This document shows, one piece after another, positions 18,700-26,669 of a stretch of DNA of 64,000 nucleotides. A program made the position numbers and the translations under genes. The stretch's first letter is position 1, and each line of letters begins with the position of its first letter. The notes under the pieces are model-generated. The model had not been told where the DNA came from. It saw only the letters and a list, made by a program, of their open reading frames with translations, and searched no databases. The DNA is from Terrimonas alba. Lineage in GTDB: Bacteria; Bacteroidota; Bacteroidia; Chitinophagales; Chitinophagaceae. The stretch covers positions 216,831-280,830 of the forward strand of contig NZ_JBHMQM010000009.1 in assembly GCF_042434975.1 (NCBI RefSeq). The letters run 5' to 3'.

Positions 18700-19974
18700 A
18701 TGCACACCTTAAAATACATTGCCCAAATTGGCCTCGTGTTAATCACTATTCAAACCCATTCCCAGCAAAAACAATTATCAATCGGTGATAAGCTTCCCTT
18801 ACTCACCTTGCCCAACACCATCAACAACAAATCGGGCCATTTAAACTTCGCCGATTACAAAGGCAAATCCATTATCCTCGATTTCTGGAACCAGCGTTGT
18901 GCTCCCTGTATCGCCGCCTTCCCGCACCTTGATTCACTACAGCAACAATTCGATAATGATATACAATTGATACTGGTAAACAAAGAAAGTAAAGACTCAA
19001 CAATTAATTTTTTTGCCCGGCGAAAAAAAATAAAAATGCCCTCGCTGCCCATGATCACCGGCGACACATTGTTGTCATCTATGTTTCCGTCCGAAGGTTA
19101 TCCCTATCATGTTTGGATTGACAGGAACGGGACAATCAGCTATTTCTCCGGCGGCTATAATACAACAGTTAAACACATCTCGGATTTTTTGGAAGGAACT
19201 AAACTAAAATTGAAAAATCCAACATTCACAAAACGAAATGACAACCCGGCAATGAATACCACAATGCAAAAAGGATTGATATACTACTCGGCAATCTCCC
19301 GATGTTCCAATGAACTGGATATCGGTAATGTTATGGGAGAAATAATAAATGAAGGCAAAGCCGTAAAACTCTCGGTGAATTGTTCTTCAGTGTTGGATTT
19401 ATACAAACTTGCTTTTGAGGAAAAAGGAAAATACAGCTTCGCAGCCCAATATAGTTTGAATCTACAGGTAGCTGATAAACATTCTTATATCCCGCCTCTT
19501 AACAACAATAAAATGGATGATTGGCTGGATAATCACGCATTCAATTACCAGTTGATAGTACCGGCAGCCATGGCCAACAATCGTTTTAAAATTATGCAAC
19601 AGGACCTCCAGCGTTTTTTTGACCTGGATGCAAAGATTGAGATTAGGAAAGTTAAAAGCCTCGTACTTAAACATACAAGGTCTATGTCGTCTTCAATCAA
19701 ACCGGTTTTACTAAATGGAGATTCAGCTTTTCATTTTATCAATCAGCCGCTAAGCGATTTAATAAATTTTTTAGAAGGTTGGATTGCCTATGAATACCCG
19801 TTTATTAATGAATTGGATGAAATGATTCTCATAAATGCAATCGTGAAGGCAAGTTCTGTAACACCCTTGAACCCATCTTCCCTGATGCAGGACCTTCATT
19901 TCTCGGGCCTTGAATTGTGTTGGGAAGAAAGGGATATGCCTGTTCTGTCTTTAAGCCAAAAGAAAAACCAATAA
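18700..19974 (+). CDS. TlpA-like thioredoxin-fold protein with a C-terminal domain of unknown function
   Basis: 424 aa with a signal peptide. The motif ...ILDFWNQRCAPCIAAFP... is a redoxin CxxC motif (CAPC). It is the third gene after susC and susD. Confidence 0.65.
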   Translation: MHTLKYIAQIGLVLITIQTHSQQKQLSIGDKLPLLTLPNTINNKSGHLNFADYKGKSIILDFWNQRCAPCIAAFPHLDSLQQQFDNDIQLILVNKESKDSTINFFARRKKIKMPSLPMITGDTLLSSMFPSEGYPYHVWIDRNGTISYFSGGYNTTVKHISDFLEGTKLKLKNPTFTKRNDNPAMNTTMQKGLIYYSAISRCSNELDIGNVMGEIINEGKAVKLSVNCSSVLDLYKLAFEEKGKYSFAAQYSLNLQVADKHSYIPPLNNNKMDDWLDNHAFNYQLIVPAAMANNRFKIMQQDLQRFFDLDAKIEIRKVKSLVLKHTRSMSSSIKPVLLNGDSAFHFINQPLSDLINFLEGWIAYEYPFINELDEMILINAIVKASSVTPLNPSSLMQDLHFSGLELCWEERDMPVLSLSQKKNQ

Positions 19975-20012
19975 TAAAAAAAGTAGCCGCATAGCGGCTA
20001 CTCCTTGTTTTC
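19975..20012. terminator. Bidirectional hairpin terminator
   Basis: AAAAAAGTAGCCGC-ata-GCGGCTACTccttgTTTT, between convergent genes. Confidence 0.5.
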
Positions 20013-20051
20013 TCATGTAGTCCTTTGTCAAAAGTAATTGGCCTGGCTTAA

Positions 20052-20414
20052 TTATTGGGGCTTGGGCGTCGAAGCATCATACGATGTGGTTGGCAAGCTT
20101 GGCATGCTGGTAAATCCCCGCAGGCAATGCTTTTGATTGACGTCTGCACAGCCGTCATTGGCTTGTGCATCAGCTTGTGTCAATTTGTTACCGGAAAATA
20201 CAGGTGATGCACCAGAGGGTACTCTTCCTTCCGGCACACTATAGTCAACAGCAAACCAGAAATACTCGGTAGGCCGCTGTTCTTTCTTTTCTTTGTCGCC
20301 GGAAAAAGAACTGAAGCCAATAATAATACCTGCAGTTAATAACACGGCAACAAGAGGTAAAATGAATTTTAATTTGATCATAGTATATCTTGCTTTTATA
20401 ATCTTAAAAAACAA
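20052..20414 (-). CDS. Small secreted or membrane hypothetical protein
   Basis: 120-aa ORF. The likely start is the internal MIKLKFILPLVAVLLTAGIIIG (signal or TM). Two Cys occur near the C-terminus. Confidence 0.4.
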   Translation of the reverse strand: MFFKIIKARYTMIKLKFILPLVAVLLTAGIIIGFSSFSGDKEKKEQRPTEYFWFAVDYSVPEGRVPSGASPVFSGNKLTQADAQANDGCADVNQKHCLRGFTSMPSLPTTSYDASTPKPQ

Positions 20415-20538
20415 TAAAAACTCTAAGGTTAATGCTCTCCAATATTTATCCAGGTTTCAAGCTTTACCTGCATCATGCACGACAGGTTAAAGTTGCATCA
20501 CATCTATGCGGCATGCATTATGGATTCAGGACTATTAA

Positions 20539-21498
20539 TTAGGAATGATCGTTATTCTTTTTTCGTAACTGGCCCGGGGGATAGCCAAAATAATTTTTGA
20601 AGGCTTCCGAGAAATGGGCATCAGTTTTGAACCCGAGGGCAAATGAAATTTCTTTCATCGATTGATCACTGTTTTGAATCTGTTGCTCGGCCAGCTCCAT
20701 TTTTATAGCGAGGATATATTGATGAATAGTGGTTCCAAAATACAATTTAAAATATCGTTTCAGCTGTTCGGTATTCAGGGAAAAAGTTTTGGCAAGTTGT
20801 ACAACGGTAAAGTTTTCGTCCACCTGCCGGCGTATCAATGAATCGATACTGATCATTTTCTCAATGACAGTCTCGGGTATAATTTCTCTTTTTTGACCAG
20901 TTGCAAAGCTTTCATAAAACAGCACAAATAATTCTTCACATTTTAATCGCAAATACAACTTTTTGCGCCCCGTCGATATTGGGAAGTATAGCATATGCTG
21001 TACGATGCTGGCCATATGTGAATCCAGCTTTATCACGTCTTGCCTGCGAGAAGATTTATCAGGGTTTAATCTCGTTGTTATAGTATGCTTAGTGCTGTAT
21101 AACAGTAATAACAATCTTCCTTTCCCTGCAGGACAGCGCAGTTCAACCGGTGACTGATGGCCCGACAAAAAAGGAATTCGGTAAACAAGTAATGACTTTT
21201 CAAAAACCTTAGCATAATTATTGTCAATACTGGCAGGCCATTGTATAAGTATTTTTAGTTCATCATTGTTGGAGGAGGCTTGTATAAAAAAAGATTGTTG
21301 AATATGATAGTCACCTAACCACAACAGGCATTCTCCGGTATCAATAATTTGAAACTGGCATTGTCCTGTTTTCGTTTCGGCAGCAATATGTCGGGAATAT
21401 ACTTGCTCATGGCCGTTGCTCACCTGCTCATGCTCCAGCAGCACTTCACTCTCATGGCTCAGTAGTTTCACTTTCATAACAAAAACGCTGCTAATCAT
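20539..21498 (-). CDS. AraC-family transcriptional regulator
   Basis: 319 aa. The C-terminal HTH_AraC domain reads ...QLAKTFSLNTEQLKRYFKLYFGTTIHQYI...FKNYFGYPPGQLRK. Confidence 0.8.
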   Translation of the reverse strand: MISSVFVMKVKLLSHESEVLLEHEQVSNGHEQVYSRHIAAETKTGQCQFQIIDTGECLLWLGDYHIQQSFFIQASSNNDELKILIQWPASIDNNYAKVFEKSLLVYRIPFLSGHQSPVELRCPAGKGRLLLLLYSTKHTITTRLNPDKSSRRQDVIKLDSHMASIVQHMLYFPISTGRKKLYLRLKCEELFVLFYESFATGQKREIIPETVIEKMISIDSLIRRQVDENFTVVQLAKTFSLNTEQLKRYFKLYFGTTIHQYILAIKMELAEQQIQNSDQSMKEISFALGFKTDAHFSEAFKNYFGYPPGQLRKKNNDHS

Positions 21499-21559
21499 TC
21501 ACTCCACCTGGAAAATAAACAGAACCTCTCTCGTACTTCGTATTCCTACCTCTTACTTC

Positions 21560-21620
21560 ATATCTCGTATCCTGTATCTAATATCTCGTATCTCGCATCT
21601 CGTATCCCGTATCCCGCATC
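21560..21620. repeat. Imperfect tandem 10-14-bp repeats (ATCTCGTATC-like, 4-5 copies)
   Basis: atctcgtatcctgt/atctaat/atctcgtatctcgc/atctcgtatcccgt/atcccgcatc. They lie between the response-regulator stop and the araC start. Confidence 0.6.
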
Positions 21621-22275
21621 AAGCCTTATATATCCCATTCTTTATAGCGTAGATCACAATACCTACCACGTTCCTGGCTCCGATTTTTTGCATGATACGG
21701 TCCCTGTACTTTTCAATAGTTCGGTGTGCCAGGTTGGTAGCACCCGCTATTTCCTTACTGGCATATTGTTCGCAGATCAGCCGGATAATATCAAGCTCAT
21801 TATCGTTAAACTTGATTTCCTGTAAGTTTTTAAATAGGTTGGTTTTAGTGGCAGCAAGCATTTTACCAAGTTTCAACGAGGTGGAGTTACAGAAATACTT
21901 TTTTCCTTCGTACACAGATTCAATGGCATACACCAGCTCTTCTTTCGTGGCATTTTTTCGCATATAACCTGCTACATCCTGTTCCATCATATCGGCAATC
22001 AGGTGTTCATCTTCATACATTGTAAGGGCAATAATTTTGATCGTTGGGTAATTTTCTTTTAAGAATTTTGCCACTTCTATCCCGTTAAGCGAAGGCATCT
22101 GGATATCGGTGATAACCACATCGGGCACTTCTTTTTCAATAAGCGATAAAAGAGTAGCACCGTTTTCGGCTTCGCCAATGATTTTAAGATGGTCATAATG
22201 CCGGAGTAAAAGATGAAGGCCTTCTTTAAACATGGGGTGATCATCGGCTATCATCAACGTAATAGGTAGTTTCAT
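21619..22275 (-). CDS. NarL/FixJ (LuxR)-family response regulator
   Basis: 218 aa. The REC domain (ADDHPMF...VITDIQMP) is followed by a C-terminal LuxR HTH. Confidence 0.9.
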   Translation of the reverse strand: MKLPITLMIADDHPMFKEGLHLLLRHYDHLKIIGEAENGATLLSLIEKEVPDVVITDIQMPSLNGIEVAKFLKENYPTIKIIALTMYEDEHLIADMMEQDVAGYMRKNATKEELVYAIESVYEGKKYFCNSTSLKLGKMLAATKTNLFKNLQEIKFNDNELDIIRLICEQYASKEIAGATNLAHRTIEKYRDRIMQKIGARNVVGIVIYAIKNGIYKA

Positions 22276-22276
22276 A

Positions 22277-23023
22277 TTAATCAGTTAATGGTATTTCCAA
22301 TAAATATTCAGTGCCGCCATTTGTACTATATTGAAGGCGGCCTCCAAGCATTTCAATCCTGTTTTTTAAACTGTCCAATCCAAGCCCTGTTGAATTGGTT
22401 GAATTGATCGCACCTTTCATTCCTATTCCATCATCTTTACAATGCACGTATAAGAACTGCTTCCTTTCAAAAAGCACAACCTTAAGGTTCTTTGCCTTCG
22501 AATGCTTAACGGCGTTATGAACGATTTCCTGCACCATCTTGTATACCTGTGTCCGTAGCACTACAGGTATGTCCTGCTTTACATGATAGGCATAGTGCAA
22601 TTGAATAGATGTCACCTCTTGGTATTCATTGAAAAAATCTTGCATGGCAGCATCCAGGCCTTTTTGCAGTAGTCGTTTAGGTATAAGATTCCGGGCGATT
22701 CCTCCAAGCCTTTCTGTTAATTCTTCTATATGTTGATTGGCTCTTTGCTGCAAAGTCTTGTTTTCCTCATCTTCCGTTTCTATTTCACTGATCTCGATTT
22801 TGGTAATGGAGAGCAAAGGCCCGAGTTCGTCATGCAGGTCACTGGCTATCCGGGTTCGTTCTTTATTTAACAAATCTATTTCTGCCAGGAAATGACCTTT
22901 CTGTGTTTCATAATATTTCTTTAACCGCCTGATAATCGTAAAACCAAAATAGCCAAAAACGATTGCCAGTACAATACAGGAAATCAATACCGCAGTATAT
23001 ATTGAGTTTTCAATGGTATCCAT
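22277..23023 (-). CDS. Sensor histidine kinase (HisKA_3/HATPase_c, NarX/DesK type)
   Basis: 248 aa. One N-terminal TM helix is present. The H-box reads DLHDELGPLLS. A C-terminal ATPase domain (GLGLDSLKNRIEMLGG) follows. Confidence 0.85.
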   Translation of the reverse strand: MDTIENSIYTAVLISCIVLAIVFGYFGFTIIRRLKKYYETQKGHFLAEIDLLNKERTRIASDLHDELGPLLSITKIEISEIETEDEENKTLQQRANQHIEELTERLGGIARNLIPKRLLQKGLDAAMQDFFNEYQEVTSIQLHYAYHVKQDIPVVLRTQVYKMVQEIVHNAVKHSKAKNLKVVLFERKQFLYVHCKDDGIGMKGAINSTNSTGLGLDSLKNRIEMLGGRLQYSTNGGTEYLLEIPLTD

Positions 23024-23634
23024 AACAAGGCAAAGGCAAATAGAAGGTTCGTAAATAAATTTATGTAAGCCAGTATTTCATAAATCCTGATCCTGAAAAA
23101 ACTACTTTTATTTAACCCATAAATCCAAAAAGCTTCTACCATAACAGAGTAAGTATAAAATATAAGCAATCCCATGCAAATCAAAAAGCCAGGGTGCAGG
23201 TACAGTTTTCTTTTAAGTGGAAATATTTCCCGGTTGATCTGTTCAATACTGAGGAAAACAATAATAAAAGAGTATCCGATTATAAAATAAGAAACAAATA
23301 GATGCTCCTTCCTGGTGAAATAAAGTTCGGCCAGCCATCCGCTTATAAAAAGAGTCTGCAGTAAAAAATAAATTTGTTTACTCCTGAACAAGCCCCACCT
23401 GTAAAACTGCCATCCTAACAATAGCGCTGCTGTTAAAGAGTATAGGTTAAAGCTGCTGGAGTTGGAATATCCCTTGGATACGAGCGCAAAACTCGTAAGC
23501 TCGTTCACAAAACCTGCTCCCATTAGCAAGACAAATGGCAAATAGGCTAGATCAGTTTTTTTGATCCTGATCCAGCCTATAATAGCTGCAATTCCAACAG
23601 ACATACTGAAAACAGCATTGGTGAGAAAGCTCAT
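22984..23634 (-). CDS. Multi-pass membrane protein (about 7 TM), possible detached sensor domain of the kinase
   Basis: 216 aa and highly hydrophobic. It overlaps the kinase ORF by 40 nt in a different frame. Confidence 0.55.
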   Translation of the reverse strand: MSFLTNAVFSMSVGIAAIIGWIRIKKTDLAYLPFVLLMGAGFVNELTSFALVSKGYSNSSSFNLYSLTAALLLGWQFYRWGLFRSKQIYFLLQTLFISGWLAELYFTRKEHLFVSYFIIGYSFIIVFLSIEQINREIFPLKRKLYLHPGFLICMGLLIFYTYSVMVEAFWIYGLNKSSFFRIRIYEILAYINLFTNLLFAFALLWIPLKTQYILRY

Positions 23635-23645
23635 GCACTAAATTT

Positions 23646-24089
23646 TTAAGTGTTCAGTGGCGAGGGCTCCGCGCAAAGGTCAGGACATCGTATAGCCCTG
23701 TCAATTACCGAATCATCCTCTTCAGTAAGAGAAGCGCTACTATCAGGCAGGATATCCGCATTGGCTGCATCTACACCTACAATAATAGCATGAATTTTAA
23801 GATCTTCAGACATTCCGTAATAAATTCTCAAGCCCATGCATCCTGATTTACCTAGTACGGTATCAAAGGGTGCTCTGTCGAAAGTCTCCGAAATGCAAAG
23901 AAGATTTTGACCTTCATAGTTTGTTTTTAAAATGTTTTCTTTTTGGTTTCTGTACCGCTGGGTCATTACTGCGGCTTCAGCTACGGGAATAAAGTGGTTC
24001 ATAAGGAATGAATTTGTTACAGCACAAAAATCTTTTGTAACCATCTCCTGTGAAACCTGGCTTCCACGACTGTTTTGTCGCATTTCCAC
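23646..24089 (-). CDS. Hypothetical protein
   Basis: 147-aa ORF. No family was recognised and the start is uncertain. Confidence 0.35.
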   Translation of the reverse strand: MEMRQNSRGSQVSQEMVTKDFCAVTNSFLMNHFIPVAEAAVMTQRYRNQKENILKTNYEGQNLLCISETFDRAPFDTVLGKSGCMGLRIYYGMSEDLKIHAIIVGVDAANADILPDSSASLTEEDDSVIDRAIRCPDLCAEPSPLNT

Positions 24090-24213
24090 GACTTATATCA
24101 GGTCTATAGCATTAACACGGGTGAATAATACACCTGCCTGGCGTATTAATGGGCTGGATGCTATTAAAGGTTCTTATAAACTTTGAATAGCCATTAACCT
24201 TAAATATCCACCC

Positions 24214-24417
24214 ATGAAAACTTTACCCACCCGTATTGTTATTTATCCAAAGGATATTGTCAACATCACCGGTCGCCGCGAACGTACAGCACGGAGCCTG
24301 TTACAGAAAATCAGGAGTGCATTAGGAAAGCGGTCACACGAATTCATTACCATCAAAGAGTTTTGCCTTTTTACCGGCATCAGTGAGGAATTGATAAAAG
24401 ATTTTTTGCAGGACTAA
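24214..24417 (+). CDS. Excisionase-like HTH_17 DNA-binding protein
   Basis: 67 aa: MKTLPTRIVIYPKDIVNITGRRERTARSLLQKIRSALGKRSHEFITIKEFCLFTGISEE. This matches the small Bacteroidetes mobile-element-associated HTH family. Confidence 0.55.
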   Translation: MKTLPTRIVIYPKDIVNITGRRERTARSLLQKIRSALGKRSHEFITIKEFCLFTGISEELIKDFLQD

Positions 24418-24488
24418 TTTGAAAAATCGCTTGGATATGCTATACCCCTTTCTAAGTACTCTCAACGTTTACCAAATAAGAGGAATGA

Positions 24489-24680
24489 TTATCCTTCACC
24501 GCCTAATTCTCTTTCATCTTCTTCGATATTATCGTCAAGGTCAGTGGGTGTAGTCTTATTCTCGTAGTCCTTATTCTTTTGCATATCCGGGGATGATTCT
24601 GTATCGGTACCCTTTATAGGCGGTTTATCGTCATGACTACCGACAAGGGGGTTGGTGGCTTTTTTCTTAGCTTTTGCCAT
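24489..24680 (-). CDS. Small acidic hypothetical protein
   Basis: 63 aa and low complexity (MAKAKKKATNPL...DDNIEEDERELGGEG). Confidence 0.3.
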   Translation of the reverse strand: MAKAKKKATNPLVGSHDDKPPIKGTDTESSPDMQKNKDYENKTTPTDLDDNIEEDERELGGEG

Positions 24681-24813
24681 ATATCAAATTTACAATTTTC
24701 CTTATGCAGTTGGCGTCTCATAATAGGATGGTTTTTTTGAATTTAAGTAAGGAGCGGCTTGGATGAAAAAGACCCCACCGTTGGGTAGGGTCTTCTCTAC
24801 AATAGAAACTGAC

Positions 24814-24993
24814 TTAGGATCTTTTCCACCATTTAACCAGTTCTTTCATCAGGAAAGAAATGATAAAACTCACAAGGGCTCCAACTCCTGCCAGCACCGC
24901 GGTTTTAATCACATCCCCGCTATTGATATTAGCCAGTATAATGGTAATGGTTCCACCTACAGTTCCTGTTTTCGTATAAGAATGCTCGTTCAT
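24814..24993 (-). CDS. Small membrane peptide (59 aa)
   Basis: MNEHSYTKTGTVGGTITIILANINSGDVIKTAVLAGVGALVSFIISFLMKELVKWWKRS*. The start overlaps the stop of the upstream 71-aa ORF (ATGA). It is below the ORF-track cutoff. Confidence 0.35.
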   Translation of the reverse strand: MNEHSYTKTGTVGGTITIILANINSGDVIKTAVLAGVGALVSFIISFLMKELVKWWKRS

Positions 24994-25208
24994 CAGTATC
25001 GCTCATTTTTAATCGCAGTTTGGCTCACGGTGCTGGCAACCGTAGCTGCTACAGCCAGGTAACCGGCAAGTTGTGTTACAACTACGGGTAGGGCTACAGG
25101 TGCAGCGAGCACACCTGTGCTGATGGCGGCCATGGCAAGGCCAATATTCCTGAGCTTTCTGAAAAACCTTGGCGTTGGTTTATTCATTCTTTTTGCAACC
25201 TTATTCAT
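24993..25208 (-). CDS. Small membrane peptide (71 aa)
   Basis: MNKVAKRMNKPTPRFFRKLRNIGLAMAAISTGVLAAPVALPVVVTQLAGYLAVAATVASTVSQ.... It is translationally coupled to the 59-aa ORF. Confidence 0.4.
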   Translation of the reverse strand: MNKVAKRMNKPTPRFFRKLRNIGLAMAAISTGVLAAPVALPVVVTQLAGYLAVAATVASTVSQTAIKNERY

Positions 25209-25426
25209 ATTACTTTAATTGAAAGGATTAAGAAATAAGTATTCGGTCTTTATGAATCATTCAACAGATGGGTTGTAGCTCAACATTTACAATACCATTG
25301 CTTACCCGGCTGCATGAAGCATAGGTTTTTCTTCGTTGGTTCAAAATTTCAGAACACAACATTGATCCCTTGAGGGAAGTTGCTATGAAACGGGGTAAGA
25401 ACGGTAAAGTAGAAGTTGAAAGGCCC

Positions 25427-26275
25427 TTACAAACCGTTCACCTTCACCAGTGCAAGCGCATTAAATGCACCGTTTTTCAACGGGTACAAAGCAGCGTTTA
25501 CCTGCTGGTAAAACTCAATTCCCAGTGCAAGGAAAAGAGGGTGAGTACTGTTGGCAGCGATGGTGTTATCAAGATTGATAACGGCGGTAGCTGTTGCATT
25601 CCACGGCAATTCAGCAGTTGCGCTTGTGACCACCTCAAAGGTTTCATTTTCAAAATTGATGCTGGCTCCTGCTGATACAATTTTGAAATGAGTAGCTCCG
25701 TTAGGAGCAGCAACCATGTTGGCCGGTATAAAGGAAGGAATTTGAACAGTCAAAGCTCCGGTCACCCGGTCAACAGTACTGGTATACGGTGCAAATAGTG
25801 TCGTACCCAATTTACCATTGCTGTTAAATTCAAACCCTTCCAGTAATTCAGCTTCGCCATCGATCACGTTGCGCATGCCTCTTACATTCACTGCATCTGC
25901 CTGTATTACCTTCATCATTTCCCTTGTCAATCTTGCTATCATCCGGCTGTCAGCTGTGTTTTGTAGCAGGGATCGAAGTGCTGTTCTTAACACTTTTCCG
26001 GCTATACCAGCTCTGCCAAATTCGGCTCCGTTTTCGCGGGTGCGTTGAAAGGCCGGGTCAGTAGCGATGCGTTGTGCATCAACACCGCCTTTTTCCCTGG
26101 CCAGGTATCCATCACCTGATTTATAAAAGGTGATGTTACCAATTGTTCCTCTTAGTGGGATTATCCCTTTTTGTTGTGCCATGATTAAAAATTGAAGTAA
26201 AAAGATCAGCATGTTTACCGGCACATCCTGTTTAAGCCGCATCATGATGTTTGCAATTGCACAACAAGAATACAA
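25427..26275 (-). CDS. Hypothetical protein
   Basis: 282-aa ORF. The likely true start is the internal MAQQKGIIPLRGTIGNITFYKSGDGY.... No family was recognised. Confidence 0.5.
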   Translation of the reverse strand: MYSCCAIANIMMRLKQDVPVNMLIFLLQFLIMAQQKGIIPLRGTIGNITFYKSGDGYLAREKGGVDAQRIATDPAFQRTRENGAEFGRAGIAGKVLRTALRSLLQNTADSRMIARLTREMMKVIQADAVNVRGMRNVIDGEAELLEGFEFNSNGKLGTTLFAPYTSTVDRVTGALTVQIPSFIPANMVAAPNGATHFKIVSAGASINFENETFEVVTSATAELPWNATATAVINLDNTIAANSTHPLFLALGIEFYQQVNAALYPLKNGAFNALALVKVNGL

Positions 26276-26669
26276 AGCACCTGTAGCGATTAAAAACCAA
26301 CGGGCCGCTTTGGCCGTTTATGCCAACTAATAACACTAAAGCTGTTTCTTACCAATTCGGCCGCTTTGGCCGGAATTGTGCAAGACAGGTTGCTTTTTTG
26401 CTATATGGCCGATCCCGGTCAAAGCCCACTCAAAGGCCCGGATAAAGCGTTAAATCAGTCATTCGACTAGCGGTTTGAGAAGATGCAGATCGCGTTATAG
26501 GAAGGGTGAAAACAATCCTTCAGAATCAGGTAAACCATGACGCGGGTTGGCGATTTGAATCAAGAAAATTTATGACTATACCATCTGGTTTGCGGAAAAT
26601 GACAACGCTATAAAAGGTTAGCGGCATTTATCTGTGAGTTTCTTTGACAGCTAAATACCGCTGTGGCCA

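Noticed and set aside
24763-25062. 99-aa plus ORF overlapping the small membrane-peptide genes
   Set aside because: It is antisense to two coupled minus-strand ORFs that have better start contexts. It is likely a shadow ORF.
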